A DNA stretch of 64,000 nucleotides from Planctomycetota bacterium (GTDB taxonomy: Bacteria; Planctomycetota; UBA8108; SXIK01): positions 4,352,001 to 4,416,000 of the forward strand of contig OZ244999.1 in NCBI GenBank assembly GCA_965223265.1. Reading direction: 5' to 3'. The position numbers were made by a program, and so were the translations under genes. Of this stretch, positions 20,318 to 29,561 are shown piece by piece. The notes below the pieces were generated by a model, which was given only the letters and a program-made list of their open reading frames with translations, searched no databases and was not told the origin of the DNA. The first letter of the stretch is position 1. The number at the start of each line of letters is the position of its first letter.

Positions 20318-22765
20318 TCAACGCCTACCATTGTTGCTGCGACTACTCCGCCCGTTACTGCCCCCGTTGTCGTTACCGCCGAGATCCGGCGGGTCAAGAC
20401 GCGGCGGTTCGACACGTGACAGCCCGCCGCGCTTAATCACCTCCACGCCCTTGCCGCCGCGGCTCGTGACGCGGTACGAGCGCGGCGTGACGTCAACTTT
20501 CCGTCCACCGGTGGTGTAGACGCGGAGTCCTTCACTCTTCTGTGTGCTCACGGCGGTCCCCAGCACACGGTCATTCTTGCCGAGCTTGATCGCTATGACC
20601 CCTCGGCCCGGACCAGTGAGGTAGTTAATGTCGCGGGAGGGGAAGAGAATCACTCGACCACTCTTGGAGGCGACGACGATGTTCTCGCCTCCGGTCAGCA
20701 CGTGGAATCCGACGATCTCTTCACCTGGCTTGAGTCGCGCGAATTTGCGTCCGGCGCGCGTTGACGGTTCTCCGAAAGCGTAGAGCGGACAACGCAAAGC
20801 GTAGCCACTCGAACTCACGGCCAGGCCCAACGTCGTCGGCGGTTTGCTCGACGTCGACTCGGCGCTGCCGATCTTTTTGAGAAAACGGGGATCGTACGAC
20901 AGCGCAGCGATGACGCGCTCGCCATCGCGAAACTTGAAGAAGCGCTGCACAGGCTCGCCGTAGCCGCGCGACGCGGGGATCTCATTGAGTCGAATGCTGT
21001 ACGCTGAACCGAGGTTGGAAAAAAACGTCACCACCGAGCGAGTATTCCCGCCGACGATCGCCAAGAGCTCGTCGTCCGGTCGCACGCGAACCTTCGAAAC
21101 ATCGCCAATGCGCCCTGCGCGCTTGACCCAGCCGTCGCGCGACAAGAGAACGTAAGCGTCTTCGTCGACGATGAAATCCTCCTCGTCGTACTCCACCTCC
21201 TCGAGACCGCGAGCACCCACGCGCGTGCGACGCCGATCACCATACTCCTCGCGCACCGCTTTGAGCTCCCGACGCACTACAGTCCAAAGACGCCGTGGAC
21301 TCGCAAGGATCGCCTTGATTTCCCTGACAGCAGCCTTCTTCTCACGCAGCTCGTCGAGAATCGCGCGGATCTCCAGCTTTGCCAGCTTGTAGAGGCGCAG
21401 ATCAAGGATGGCAGTCGTCTGCACCTCGTCCAGCTTGAAGCGTTTCATCAGTTTTTCGGCCGCGTCCTTGCGGCCGTCAGAGCGGCGGATGATGCGAATC
21501 GCCTCGTCGAGCGCATCGAAGACCTTTTTGAATCCGAGCAGGATGTGAATCCGCTCCTCCAAGAGTCGCAGCTCATGGCGGTACCGCCGCTCAACGACCT
21601 CATAGCGAAAATCGATGAAATGCGATAGGAGCGATCGCAGATCGACTTTCGCGGGTCCGGAAACGCGAGAGTCAGGGTCCGGAACGAGGCACGTGAGGTT
21701 GACGTTAAAGTTGTTCTGCAGCTGCGTGTGCTTGTAGAGGTACGCCATGACGACGTTAGGATCAGCATCCTTTTTGAGTTCGAGCACGACGCGGACATCC
21801 GTGGTCGATTCGTCACGAACGTCCACGAGTTGCGGCACCTTGCGCTGGTAGACGAGCTCGCCAATCGCCTTGACGAGTGCGCTTTTTTGCACCATGTAGG
21901 GAATCGATGTGACGACGATCCGGGTGCCGGTTTTCTTGTCGCGTTCGACGCTGAACTCACCTCGGACGCGAACCGCGCCCTGTCCCTCCTCGTAAATCGC
22001 GCGCAGCTCGGCTCGCGAGTTCAAAATCTCGCCACCCGTCGGGAAATCAGGTCCTTTGACGTACTTGACGAGATCCTTGACTGTCAGGCTACGTTTCTGA
22101 ATCAGAGCCTCACAGGCCTCAGTCACCTCGGCGAGATTGTGCGGCGGAATGTTCGTCGCCATGCCGACCGCGATCCCCGTCGTGCCGTTGACGAGGAGCT
22201 GCGGAACTCGCGCCGGCAGCACCACCGGCTCATTGGTCTTGCCGTCATAGTTCGGCCGGAAGTCGACCGTTTCCTTGCCGATGTCACTCAGGAGCTCCAT
22301 GGAGACGGACTGCAGACGTGCCTCGGTGTAGCGGTAAGCTGCAGCGCTATCGCCGTCGAGGGAGCCAAAGTTTCCCTGCCCGAAGACGAGTGGATAGCGC
22401 AGCGAGAAGTCCTGCGCCATACGCACGAGTGCATCGTAGACGGCCGTGTCGCCATGCGGGTGGTACTTGCCGAGAACGTCGCCGACGATGCGGGCACACT
22501 TGAGAGGTTTGGCGTTCGGCCCGAGGTGCAGATCGTTCTGCATCGTGTAAAGAATACGCCGCTGCACCGGCTTCAGTCCGTCACGCACGTCGGGTAGAGC
22601 GCGCGACGTGATGACCGAAAGCGCGTAGTTCAGATAGCGCCGGCGCGTCGCCGTGTGAAACGGGACTTCTTGGATGCGAAGGGTCTCGTCGATCTCACCG
22701 TGCGACTGACTGGACTTACGCCGCGAACGTCGCGCGCCCGTCGAACGGCGGGGAGATTTCGCCAT
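20318..22765 (-). CDS. parC: Type IIA topoisomerase subunit A (probably topo IV ParC)
   Basis: [30 protein letters not shown] (catalytic Tyr); about 5-blade CTD lacking a GyrA-box in blade 1. Confidence 0.85.
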   Translation of the reverse strand: MAKSPRRSTGARRSRRKSSQSHGEIDETLRIQEVPFHTATRRRYLNYALSVITSRALPDVRDGLKPVQRRILYTMQNDLHLGPNAKPLKCARIVGDVLGKYHPHGDTAVYDALVRMAQDFSLRYPLVFGQGNFGSLDGDSAAAYRYTEARLQSVSMELLSDIGKETVDFRPNYDGKTNEPVVLPARVPQLLVNGTTGIAVGMATNIPPHNLAEVTEACEALIQKRSLTVKDLVKYVKGPDFPTGGEILNSRAELRAIYEEGQGAVRVRGEFSVERDKKTGTRIVVTSIPYMVQKSALVKAIGELVYQRKVPQLVDVRDESTTDVRVVLELKKDADPNVVMAYLYKHTQLQNNFNVNLTCLVPDPDSRVSGPAKVDLRSLLSHFIDFRYEVVERRYRHELRLLEERIHILLGFKKVFDALDEAIRIIRRSDGRKDAAEKLMKRFKLDEVQTTAILDLRLYKLAKLEIRAILDELREKKAAVREIKAILASPRRLWTVVRRELKAVREEYGDRRRTRVGARGLEEVEYDEEDFIVDEDAYVLLSRDGWVKRAGRIGDVSKVRVRPDDELLAIVGGNTRSVVTFFSNLGSAYSIRLNEIPASRGYGEPVQRFFKFRDGERVIAALSYDPRFLKKIGSAESTSSKPPTTLGLAVSSSGYALRCPLYAFGEPSTRAGRKFARLKPGEEIVGFHVLTGGENIVVASKSGRVILFPSRDINYLTGPGRGVIAIKLGKNDRVLGTAVSTQKSEGLRVYTTGGRKVDVTPRSYRVTSRGGKGVEVIKRGGLSRVEPPRLDPPDLGGNDNGGSNGRSSRSNNGRR

Positions 22766-23507
22766 GTCTTCTTTCCTTCACGCTGCTGCGATCCACTTGG
22801 AAGAAACGTTTCGCTCGAACAAACCGTTGAGACACGTTCGCGTCCAGAACCCAAGGCGGTCGCTCGTTTCGAAGCCGTCGCGCTCTGGCGCTCACTGGGT
22901 CAAATGCCAGCGATCAACTCGTGGGAGGCTCTCAGACGCGCACTCTTGCGAGCTCAAACAAAGAGCGAACCTGCGGCGGCCGAGCCAAACCCAGCAAGCG
23001 GCGTAGACGGCACCGCGACTCGGGAGGACGAACAACACGCCGCCACACCCAACCCGTTCTTCGCAAGCGAAATCTCTTCTTCCTACTTTTCTTGGACCAG
23101 AATCTTCTATTAGCACCAGCTACGTGACGGTCACGGTGACTGCGACGCGACTGTGACACTCACGTCGACCGACCCGGGCACCCGGCCCGCCGCGATCGCG
23201 AGGCTCCTCTATCGAACGGTACGTCCTCACCGGTGCTACCAGAGCGAGTGAGTCTACCGGCCGTCGAGAACGAATGCAACTTCCCGCAGCGCCTGAACGC
23301 GAGGTCGGCTCGAGCGCGAACCCGTCACCCACTTCACCGCGTCTCTCTGCTATAGTGGAGCGTACGAGCCCGGAACAACGGGCCTCGCCACGGCAACGCG
23401 TTGGGCTCTTGGGTCTCGAGCTCGTACGCCGCCGCGGTCCCACTTCACGCTCACCTTTCGTGCACCCCAGTTGCTCCCTAGAAGCTCTCCACAAGGAAGA
23501 CGATGAC

Positions 23508-25973
23508 ATGGCATCCGTAAACGAAAAAAGAGACTTCTTCAGCTTCGTTCTTCTTTTCGCCGCGCAGCTGTGTGCATCGCCCCAACTGCCGGCACAGACG
23601 CCGGCGGAAGCATTCGAGATCGGCGCGCACAATGTCGACGCACTGCCCCTCGGCAAAGAGGCGGACGGGATCATCGGCGACTTCGTTCTACGTAACGCGC
23701 ATATCGAAGCGCTTGTCGGCGGCAACCTCCCACTGCGCCGGGCCAACATGAGCACGGACTACAAAGCGCCGACGCCTGGGTGCCTCTACGATCTCGCCGT
23801 CCGCGGTACAAAAAACGATCAGCTCACCAAGTTCGCCCCCGGTCAACAGCTCGGCTCCGTCTCCAGCGTTGGTGTGCAGCAAGCCGGAGGTGAAGAGGCG
23901 GCGATCGTCATGGTACACCGCTCTCGTGCCCGAGGTGACGGGCACGAGGTACGGCACCTCTACTGGTTGGAGCCAGACTGGCGCTACCTGCAGGTGGTGT
24001 CGGTTTACACGAACCATGCGGACACGGAATGGGAGCTCGACCCGTCCCCAGCTGTGAAGGGACTCGGTCCAGTCACGACGCATGCCGGCGTCTCGGTTGC
24101 CGACGCCATGAATCCATCGGACCGTCAAGCCTACGCGTGGGCGGCGCTCGAACTCCAGTCGAGCTCACCTGTCGCTCTCGAGAAGCGCAAGCTCAAGCCA
24201 GGCGAGCAGGCCTCCTACGCGATCATCTTGGCACCGGGTCACTCGCCCGCTGAGGCTTATTCGACCGTCTTGGCACGGCAGAACGAGACCGGCCAACTGC
24301 GTGCCGACGTTCGCCACGGCAACGAGCCCGTCGCCAGCGCGGCGCTGCGCATTGAGCTTGCCGACGGCGTTTGGCTCCCGGCTTACCCCCATGCCGACGG
24401 CTCTCTCGAGTGCTCCCTGGCGCCAGGAACCTACCGCTACGAGACGCAGGATCTCGGTCGGCCGACGGTAAAGGGTGAGTTCAGCATCAGCGCTGGCGAG
24501 ACGACGACACTTGCAGTCGAGCTGGAGGCGGCCGCTCGCATCACGCTCGACGTCTCAGGCGTCGATGCCGACGCCTCACGACCGTTTCCTTGCAAAGCAC
24601 AGTTCATCGGCATCGCAGGCACTCCGAATCCCCACTTCGGTGTCGATATCCAGGCCCGCGGCTGTAGAAACCAGTACCACTCGGAAGTCGGAGAGTTTTC
24701 CGTCCAAATCCCTCCTGGCGATTACCTCGTCACGGTCACGCGCGGCATCGAGTACTCCCATTTCACGCAGCTGGCGGTCGTCAAGCCAGGAGAGACGACG
24801 CTGGTGAGCGGCCGTCTACGGCGTTTGGTCCAGACGCGTGGATGGGTGTCGACCGATTTCCACAACCACTCGACGCCGAGTGGCGACAACTACTGCGGCA
24901 CGGACGACCGCGTGATCAACCTCGCGGCCGAGCACATCGAGTTCGCCCCGACCACCGAGCACAACCGTCTCTACGACTGGCAGCCACACATCGACGCACT
25001 CGGACTCTCCTCCGAAATGAGCACAGTCGTCGGGCTCGAGCTCACCGGACCGAATGCACACTTCAATAGTTTCCCCTTCAAAGTCCATCCCTGGCTGCAA
25101 GACGGCGGTGCACCGGTGTGGCAACACGACCCTCGCCTCAACGCGATCGTTCTGCGCGACTATCAAGAGCGCGATCCAAATCGCTACGTGCAAATCAACC
25201 ATCCAAACGTCGGCGCGTTCTTCCGTGACCGCGATCGCGACGGCGTCGCCGACGGCGGCTACGTCGGGCTCGAGAACCTCATCGACGCCGCGGAAGTTTG
25301 GTCGACTGAGATCGTCAACCCGGAGCCGCGCGCCAACGGCCGCGCCAACCGTACGTTTCAATGGCTACAGCTCCTCAACCAAGGGCGCTACATGTACTGC
25401 GTGGCCGTCTCCGACGCCCACAGCGTCTTCGGCAATGGGGTTGGAGGCTGGCGCACCTACGTCCCGAGCTCGACGGACGACCCGAGCCAGATCGACTACA
25501 TAGAGATCGTCCGCCACGCCAAGAGTGGTCGCACGTTCATGACGAACGGCCCCTTCCTTGAAGTGAGCACCGACAACGGCACGCTCCCCGGTGGCCACAC
25601 GATCGCGAACGGATCGATCGATCTCGACGTCCGCGTCCAGTGCACCGACTGGATCGACATCGACCGTGTCCAGATTCTCGTCAACGGTCGCCAGCCGCAA
25701 GAGCTCAACTTCCGTCGTAGCACGCACGAAGAGTGGTTCACTGATGGCGTGGTCAAGTTCGAGCGTCGCATCACCGTGCCGCTCGGTCAGGACGCCCACA
25801 TCATCGTCGCCGCCATTGGCGAAGGGTTCAATCTCAAGACCGGCTACGGCGAGTCTTGGCAGTCACAGATGCACCCGGTTGCGTTCACCAACCCGATCTT
25901 CGTGGACGTTAGCGGCGACGGCTTTCGTGCCAACGGCGACAACCTCGGTCACCCTCTCCCGCTCGGGAAATAG
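23508..25973 (+). CDS. Exported PHP-type metallohydrolase (CehA/McbA-like) with N-terminal beta domains
   Basis: Signal peptide; DFHNH, TEHN, HFN, INHP, SDAH, FMTNGP, AFTNPIFVD. Start MASVNE follows an AAGGA SD. Confidence 0.8.
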   Translation: MASVNEKRDFFSFVLLFAAQLCASPQLPAQTPAEAFEIGAHNVDALPLGKEADGIIGDFVLRNAHIEALVGGNLPLRRANMSTDYKAPTPGCLYDLAVRGTKNDQLTKFAPGQQLGSVSSVGVQQAGGEEAAIVMVHRSRARGDGHEVRHLYWLEPDWRYLQVVSVYTNHADTEWELDPSPAVKGLGPVTTHAGVSVADAMNPSDRQAYAWAALELQSSSPVALEKRKLKPGEQASYAIILAPGHSPAEAYSTVLARQNETGQLRADVRHGNEPVASAALRIELADGVWLPAYPHADGSLECSLAPGTYRYETQDLGRPTVKGEFSISAGETTTLAVELEAAARITLDVSGVDADASRPFPCKAQFIGIAGTPNPHFGVDIQARGCRNQYHSEVGEFSVQIPPGDYLVTVTRGIEYSHFTQLAVVKPGETTLVSGRLRRLVQTRGWVSTDFHNHSTPSGDNYCGTDDRVINLAAEHIEFAPTTEHNRLYDWQPHIDALGLSSEMSTVVGLELTGPNAHFNSFPFKVHPWLQDGGAPVWQHDPRLNAIVLRDYQERDPNRYVQINHPNVGAFFRDRDRDGVADGGYVGLENLIDAAEVWSTEIVNPEPRANGRANRTFQWLQLLNQGRYMYCVAVSDAHSVFGNGVGGWRTYVPSSTDDPSQIDYIEIVRHAKSGRTFMTNGPFLEVSTDNGTLPGGHTIANGSIDLDVRVQCTDWIDIDRVQILVNGRQPQELNFRRSTHEEWFTDGVVKFERRITVPLGQDAHIIVAAIGEGFNLKTGYGESWQSQMHPVAFTNPIFVDVSGDGFRANGDNLGHPLPLGK

Positions 25974-26006
25974 GTGAGCCCCCGACCGACCTCATCAATC
26001 GCCGGG

Positions 26007-27812
26007 CTACGGCGACGGGCTGGCTCCAATGCCGCCCACGTGCGGGCGTAACGGCACGTGCTTCCGCTCGACGAGTTCCTTGCGGTAGATCGGGACGGTC
26101 CGCACTTGCGAAGTCTCGGATGAGTTGTCCATCTCAAGCACCACCGTCCCGACCAAGCCCACGCCTTCGTAGTAATAGTCTTTGGTCCAGCGGTTGCCTT
26201 CGGGTGTCTCGACCAGCAGGCAGCGCTTGTATTTCTCGCTGAATTCCTCCGGAGCGCGGTAGATCTTCTGGTGCCCATCGACGACGACGAAGTCCTTGCC
26301 ATCGAAGCTTCTCGGCAAACGCAAATGGACGGTCTCCTCCGCTCGCGTCAGGGTGCCAGTCTCAGGGTCAAGAGTCGTGAACTTCTGTATCAGCTCGTTC
26401 TTCTGCGGATCGACGATCCAGCGCACCTCGCGTCCGTCTTGATCGATGACGACGTACTCTCCAGGGTTCGGTTCGTCGACGATGTGGTACGTAAACCGCT
26501 TGTCGCTGCCAACCGAGGTTCGGTAGACAAGCTCTTCACCGGTCTTAAATTTTAGAAATGTTTCAATGCGAAGCGGCGCTGCGAACGGTTCGAGCGTTGC
26601 ATCGGTCTGCGTGTCACTTGCCTGAGCACCACCTCGGTGGAGAAGCTTTTCCACTTGGTCGATCCACCCGCGAAGCGTCTCGGCCCCGGAGAAAAGCGCC
26701 GCGCCAAACAGCAGAACCAGAACAACGAGAGCGGCGCTGACTCGCCGCAACCAGCGCCGCGGGCGTTTACGCCGCTGACTCGGTTCGATGTACGTCGGTG
26801 TGTATTCGGGCAACTCATTGACAGCCGCAAGGAAGTCGTCCGCGGTTTGGAAGCGCTTCTCGCGTGGCTCCTGGATGGCAGTTTCGACGATTTCGTAGAC
26901 CCCGGACGGCACAGCGTGCGTCCTCACCGGAGTGTCGCCGCGCCGCACCGCCGCCGCGTCGTCTTGACCGCCGCCGCCCGGCACGTCGCCGTAGAGCATT
27001 TCATGAAGAATCACGCCGATCGAATAGAGATCCGACCTACCGTCGAGGTGGTCTGAACCCTTGGCCTGTTCGGGCGACATGTAGCGCGGCGTCCCAACGA
27101 TGCCGCCTCGGGTGAGATCGGCCGACGGCTCGTCGGTGACACTCTTCGCTAGGCCAAAGTCCCCCACTTTCACGAAATCGCGCCCATCGGGGGCACGCTC
27201 CAGGAAAATGTTCTCTGGCTTCAGATCGCGATGGATGATGCCGCGCGAGTGCGCCTGCTGCATGACGAGCAGAATCTGCTGCACGATGTGAAGCGCACGG
27301 TTGACGGTGAGAAAACGCTCGCGCTTGAGCACATCCTTCAGCGGCTCGCCCTCACAGTAGTCCATCGTGAAAAAGAGGTCGCCGCTCTCAGTCTGGCCAA
27401 ACTCGCGAATCTGAATCGTGTTTTCGTGGACCAGGGACATAGCGAGGCCGGCTTCACGCAGAAACCGCAGACGAAACTGCTTGTCCTGACTCAGGGTCGG
27501 ATGCAGCTGCTTGAGCGCAAAAACGTTGGCGCCCTCGAACAGTAAGTGACGCACCTTGTAGACCACCCCGAAACCGCCCTCGCCAAGGACGGAGAGTACA
27601 CGGTATTTACCGTTGATGACTCTGCCGACCAGCTGATCCTCGATGACCGGCAGCTCCTCAGCAGCATGCGTCTGGCGAAAGCTGAAACCGCAGCGAATGC
27701 AGAATTCTGCGTTCGACCCGTTCTTTGACTTACACCGCGGACAGAGGAGTCCGTCGGGCCCGCTGATCGGACGCGGCGAAGTCAGTTTGACATCTGACGG
27801 CTTGCGCACCAA
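26007..27812 (-). CDS. Hanks-type Ser/Thr protein kinase with N-terminal Zn ribbon, TM helix and extracytoplasmic domain
   Basis: CPRC..CIRC; GEGGFG, ALK, HRDLKPEN, DFG, YMSPEQ; TM VSAALVVLVLLFGAALF. Start approximate. Confidence 0.9.
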   Translation of the reverse strand: MVRKPSDVKLTSPRPISGPDGLLCPRCKSKNGSNAEFCIRCGFSFRQTHAAEELPVIEDQLVGRVINGKYRVLSVLGEGGFGVVYKVRHLLFEGANVFALKQLHPTLSQDKQFRLRFLREAGLAMSLVHENTIQIREFGQTESGDLFFTMDYCEGEPLKDVLKRERFLTVNRALHIVQQILLVMQQAHSRGIIHRDLKPENIFLERAPDGRDFVKVGDFGLAKSVTDEPSADLTRGGIVGTPRYMSPEQAKGSDHLDGRSDLYSIGVILHEMLYGDVPGGGGQDDAAAVRRGDTPVRTHAVPSGVYEIVETAIQEPREKRFQTADDFLAAVNELPEYTPTYIEPSQRRKRPRRWLRRVSAALVVLVLLFGAALFSGAETLRGWIDQVEKLLHRGGAQASDTQTDATLEPFAAPLRIETFLKFKTGEELVYRTSVGSDKRFTYHIVDEPNPGEYVVIDQDGREVRWIVDPQKNELIQKFTTLDPETGTLTRAEETVHLRLPRSFDGKDFVVVDGHQKIYRAPEEFSEKYKRCLLVETPEGNRWTKDYYYEGVGLVGTVVLEMDNSSETSQVRTVPIYRKELVERKHVPLRPHVGGIGASPSP

Positions 27813-28265
27813 ACGTTTCGTTCCTCCAAGCAGCGCTGCAGCTTCTTGCGGCTCCCGGCGTCGAGGCGCAGGAGCCGAATGCGAACCGCAGATCAACTCT
27901 CAGCCAAAGAGACGCGTCGCGAAAGAAAAAACCCCTACGCGACGAAGAGTCGTTGGCGTGGAGAACGTGCTAACAAATGGTTGAAGAGAAGTGCGACGTG
28001 CGGCGACGCTCCCGGTCCCCTGCCAGGCGAGAGTCGGCCTGCCCCTCACCAAAGCCGCTCGACGCTCGTGAGTTATCGGATCGTAGTCGTCCCACCCGGC
28101 TTTGCAAAGGGAAAAGTAGGGGGCGCCCCTCCCGGCCGCTGCGATCGGGGATCACAGGCGCAGACCATGCCTCGAGTTACGTCTTGTTCGGGAGCACGAC
28201 CCCGGTTCGACCCGCGGTATCGCCGTACCTTTCGAGCCGTCGTGACGGACTCCAAGGGCCGTTCG

Positions 28266-29180
28266 CTACGGGCAGGTGAAACCGACGCAGCCGACTTCAC
28301 CAGCGACCGCCCCCTCGGGCTCACCGCACGCAGGGTAGGGCGCGGCAGGTGGAGGCGCGGCTCCGAAGATGAAATTGAGCATAATCACGGCGTCGGAAAG
28401 GTCGATGTCCGCCATATCCTCGGCCGCTGGGTCGCCGCGATCGATCGAGCCGTCGACGTTGTACGCCACCAGACAGTCCGCTTTGGTCGCCTCTCCGGCC
28501 GGCAAGCCGCCCGTGAAGAGAAAGTTCAGGATGATGATGGCATCCGTCGCCGTGAGACCGCCCGTGATGTCGACGTCACCGCGAATGAACGGCGTCGGCG
28601 CCGCCACGCGTACAAAGACCGGCTCGCTCAGCTCAGGGCTGGTCCGCGGCTGCGCAGATCCAGCGACATCGAAGAGAATCGGCACCGCCGGCGATCCCAA
28701 GTCCTCGGCGAACGACAGCGAGTTGTCGACGCCGTCGGCTGCGGCGCGGTAACTCACGCGCAGGAGATCATGAAACACGTCCGGTACCAACTGCCCGGTG
28801 CACTGGTCGGTCGTCAGCAGCATCGCCACCGTAAACCCGTCACCGCCTTCCGGAGACTCATTGACGTGAAAAAAGTTCGCATCCGGCTGCCCACCCGGGC
28901 AAGAGCCTTCGACGATCGCTTGGAGATCGCGGCCGAGCTCGACGCTCTCAAGTGTCATGGAGGCGGCGTCGTGACGGACGCCCAGCGAAAAACCGGTCAC
29001 CGCGTCCGGAACATTCTCCATCACAATGCCGATCGACACCACTTCGCCAGGCGCGACGCTGGCGCGCGACGAAGAGAAGAGAAGGTTGTATGCCCCCTCC
29101 TGCGCGTTCAAACTGGCGCCTGCAGCCAGCACCACAAATGGCAAGCAGAGGCGCCAAGCAGCTGTCGAATTCACGTTCAT
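28266..29180 (-). CDS. Secreted cohesin-like + dockerin-like adaptor protein
   Basis: Signal peptide (SLNA|QE); PGEVVSIGIVM..VTGFSLGVRHD..LLRVSY cohesin-like domain; C-terminal FIRGDVDITGGLTATD..C..DIDLSD..APYPACG..C. Confidence 0.7.
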   Translation of the reverse strand: MNVNSTAAWRLCLPFVVLAAGASLNAQEGAYNLLFSSSRASVAPGEVVSIGIVMENVPDAVTGFSLGVRHDAASMTLESVELGRDLQAIVEGSCPGGQPDANFFHVNESPEGGDGFTVAMLLTTDQCTGQLVPDVFHDLLRVSYRAAADGVDNSLSFAEDLGSPAVPILFDVAGSAQPRTSPELSEPVFVRVAAPTPFIRGDVDITGGLTATDAIIILNFLFTGGLPAGEATKADCLVAYNVDGSIDRGDPAAEDMADIDLSDAVIMLNFIFGAAPPPAAPYPACGEPEGAVAGEVGCVGFTCP

Positions 29181-29497
29181 CTTCTTACGTCGCTTCATTG
29201 GAAGCTGTCTCCAAATCTCCAAGCTTGAGCTTCGAACGGGTCAAAGAGGCGGGAGGAGAAGGACAGGGTCTTCGGAACACGACGCGAAACAGCACTCACC
29301 TGGTGCTCGCGAGCCCTCAAGACGGCTCGCCCCGCGCAGTCACAAAGGGTCGGCCGGGCGTCACACCGACTGCACCCGAGTGGTCCGGGGACCCGTTTCC
29401 TCGACTGACGATTGTAACCCAGGCGCCGAAACGTGTCAGTAAAGAAGGTGTGCTGAAGACGCCGCGCAGAACGCGCTGTGGCAGGGACGTCGGCGTC

Positions 29498-29539
29498 AAA
29501 AAAAACCGCTCCCACCGAAGAGCTCGGCGGGAGCGGTTC
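29498..29539 (-). terminator. Rho-independent terminator downstream of the scaffoldin-like gene
   Basis: AACCGCTCCC..GGGAGCGGTT stem followed by an 8-U run on the minus strand, about 20 nt past the stop at 29562. Confidence 0.85.
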
Positions 29540-29561
29540 TCAGCTCAGAGGCTCAGGCTCG

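Noticed and set aside
22766-23507. Short ORFs or ncRNA in the long parC/metallohydrolase intergenic region
   Set aside because: No recognisable motif, SD or convincing structure by eye.
27846-29228. 460-aa plus-strand ORF
   Set aside because: Antisense shadow of the cohesin-dockerin gene; Arg-rich with no motifs.
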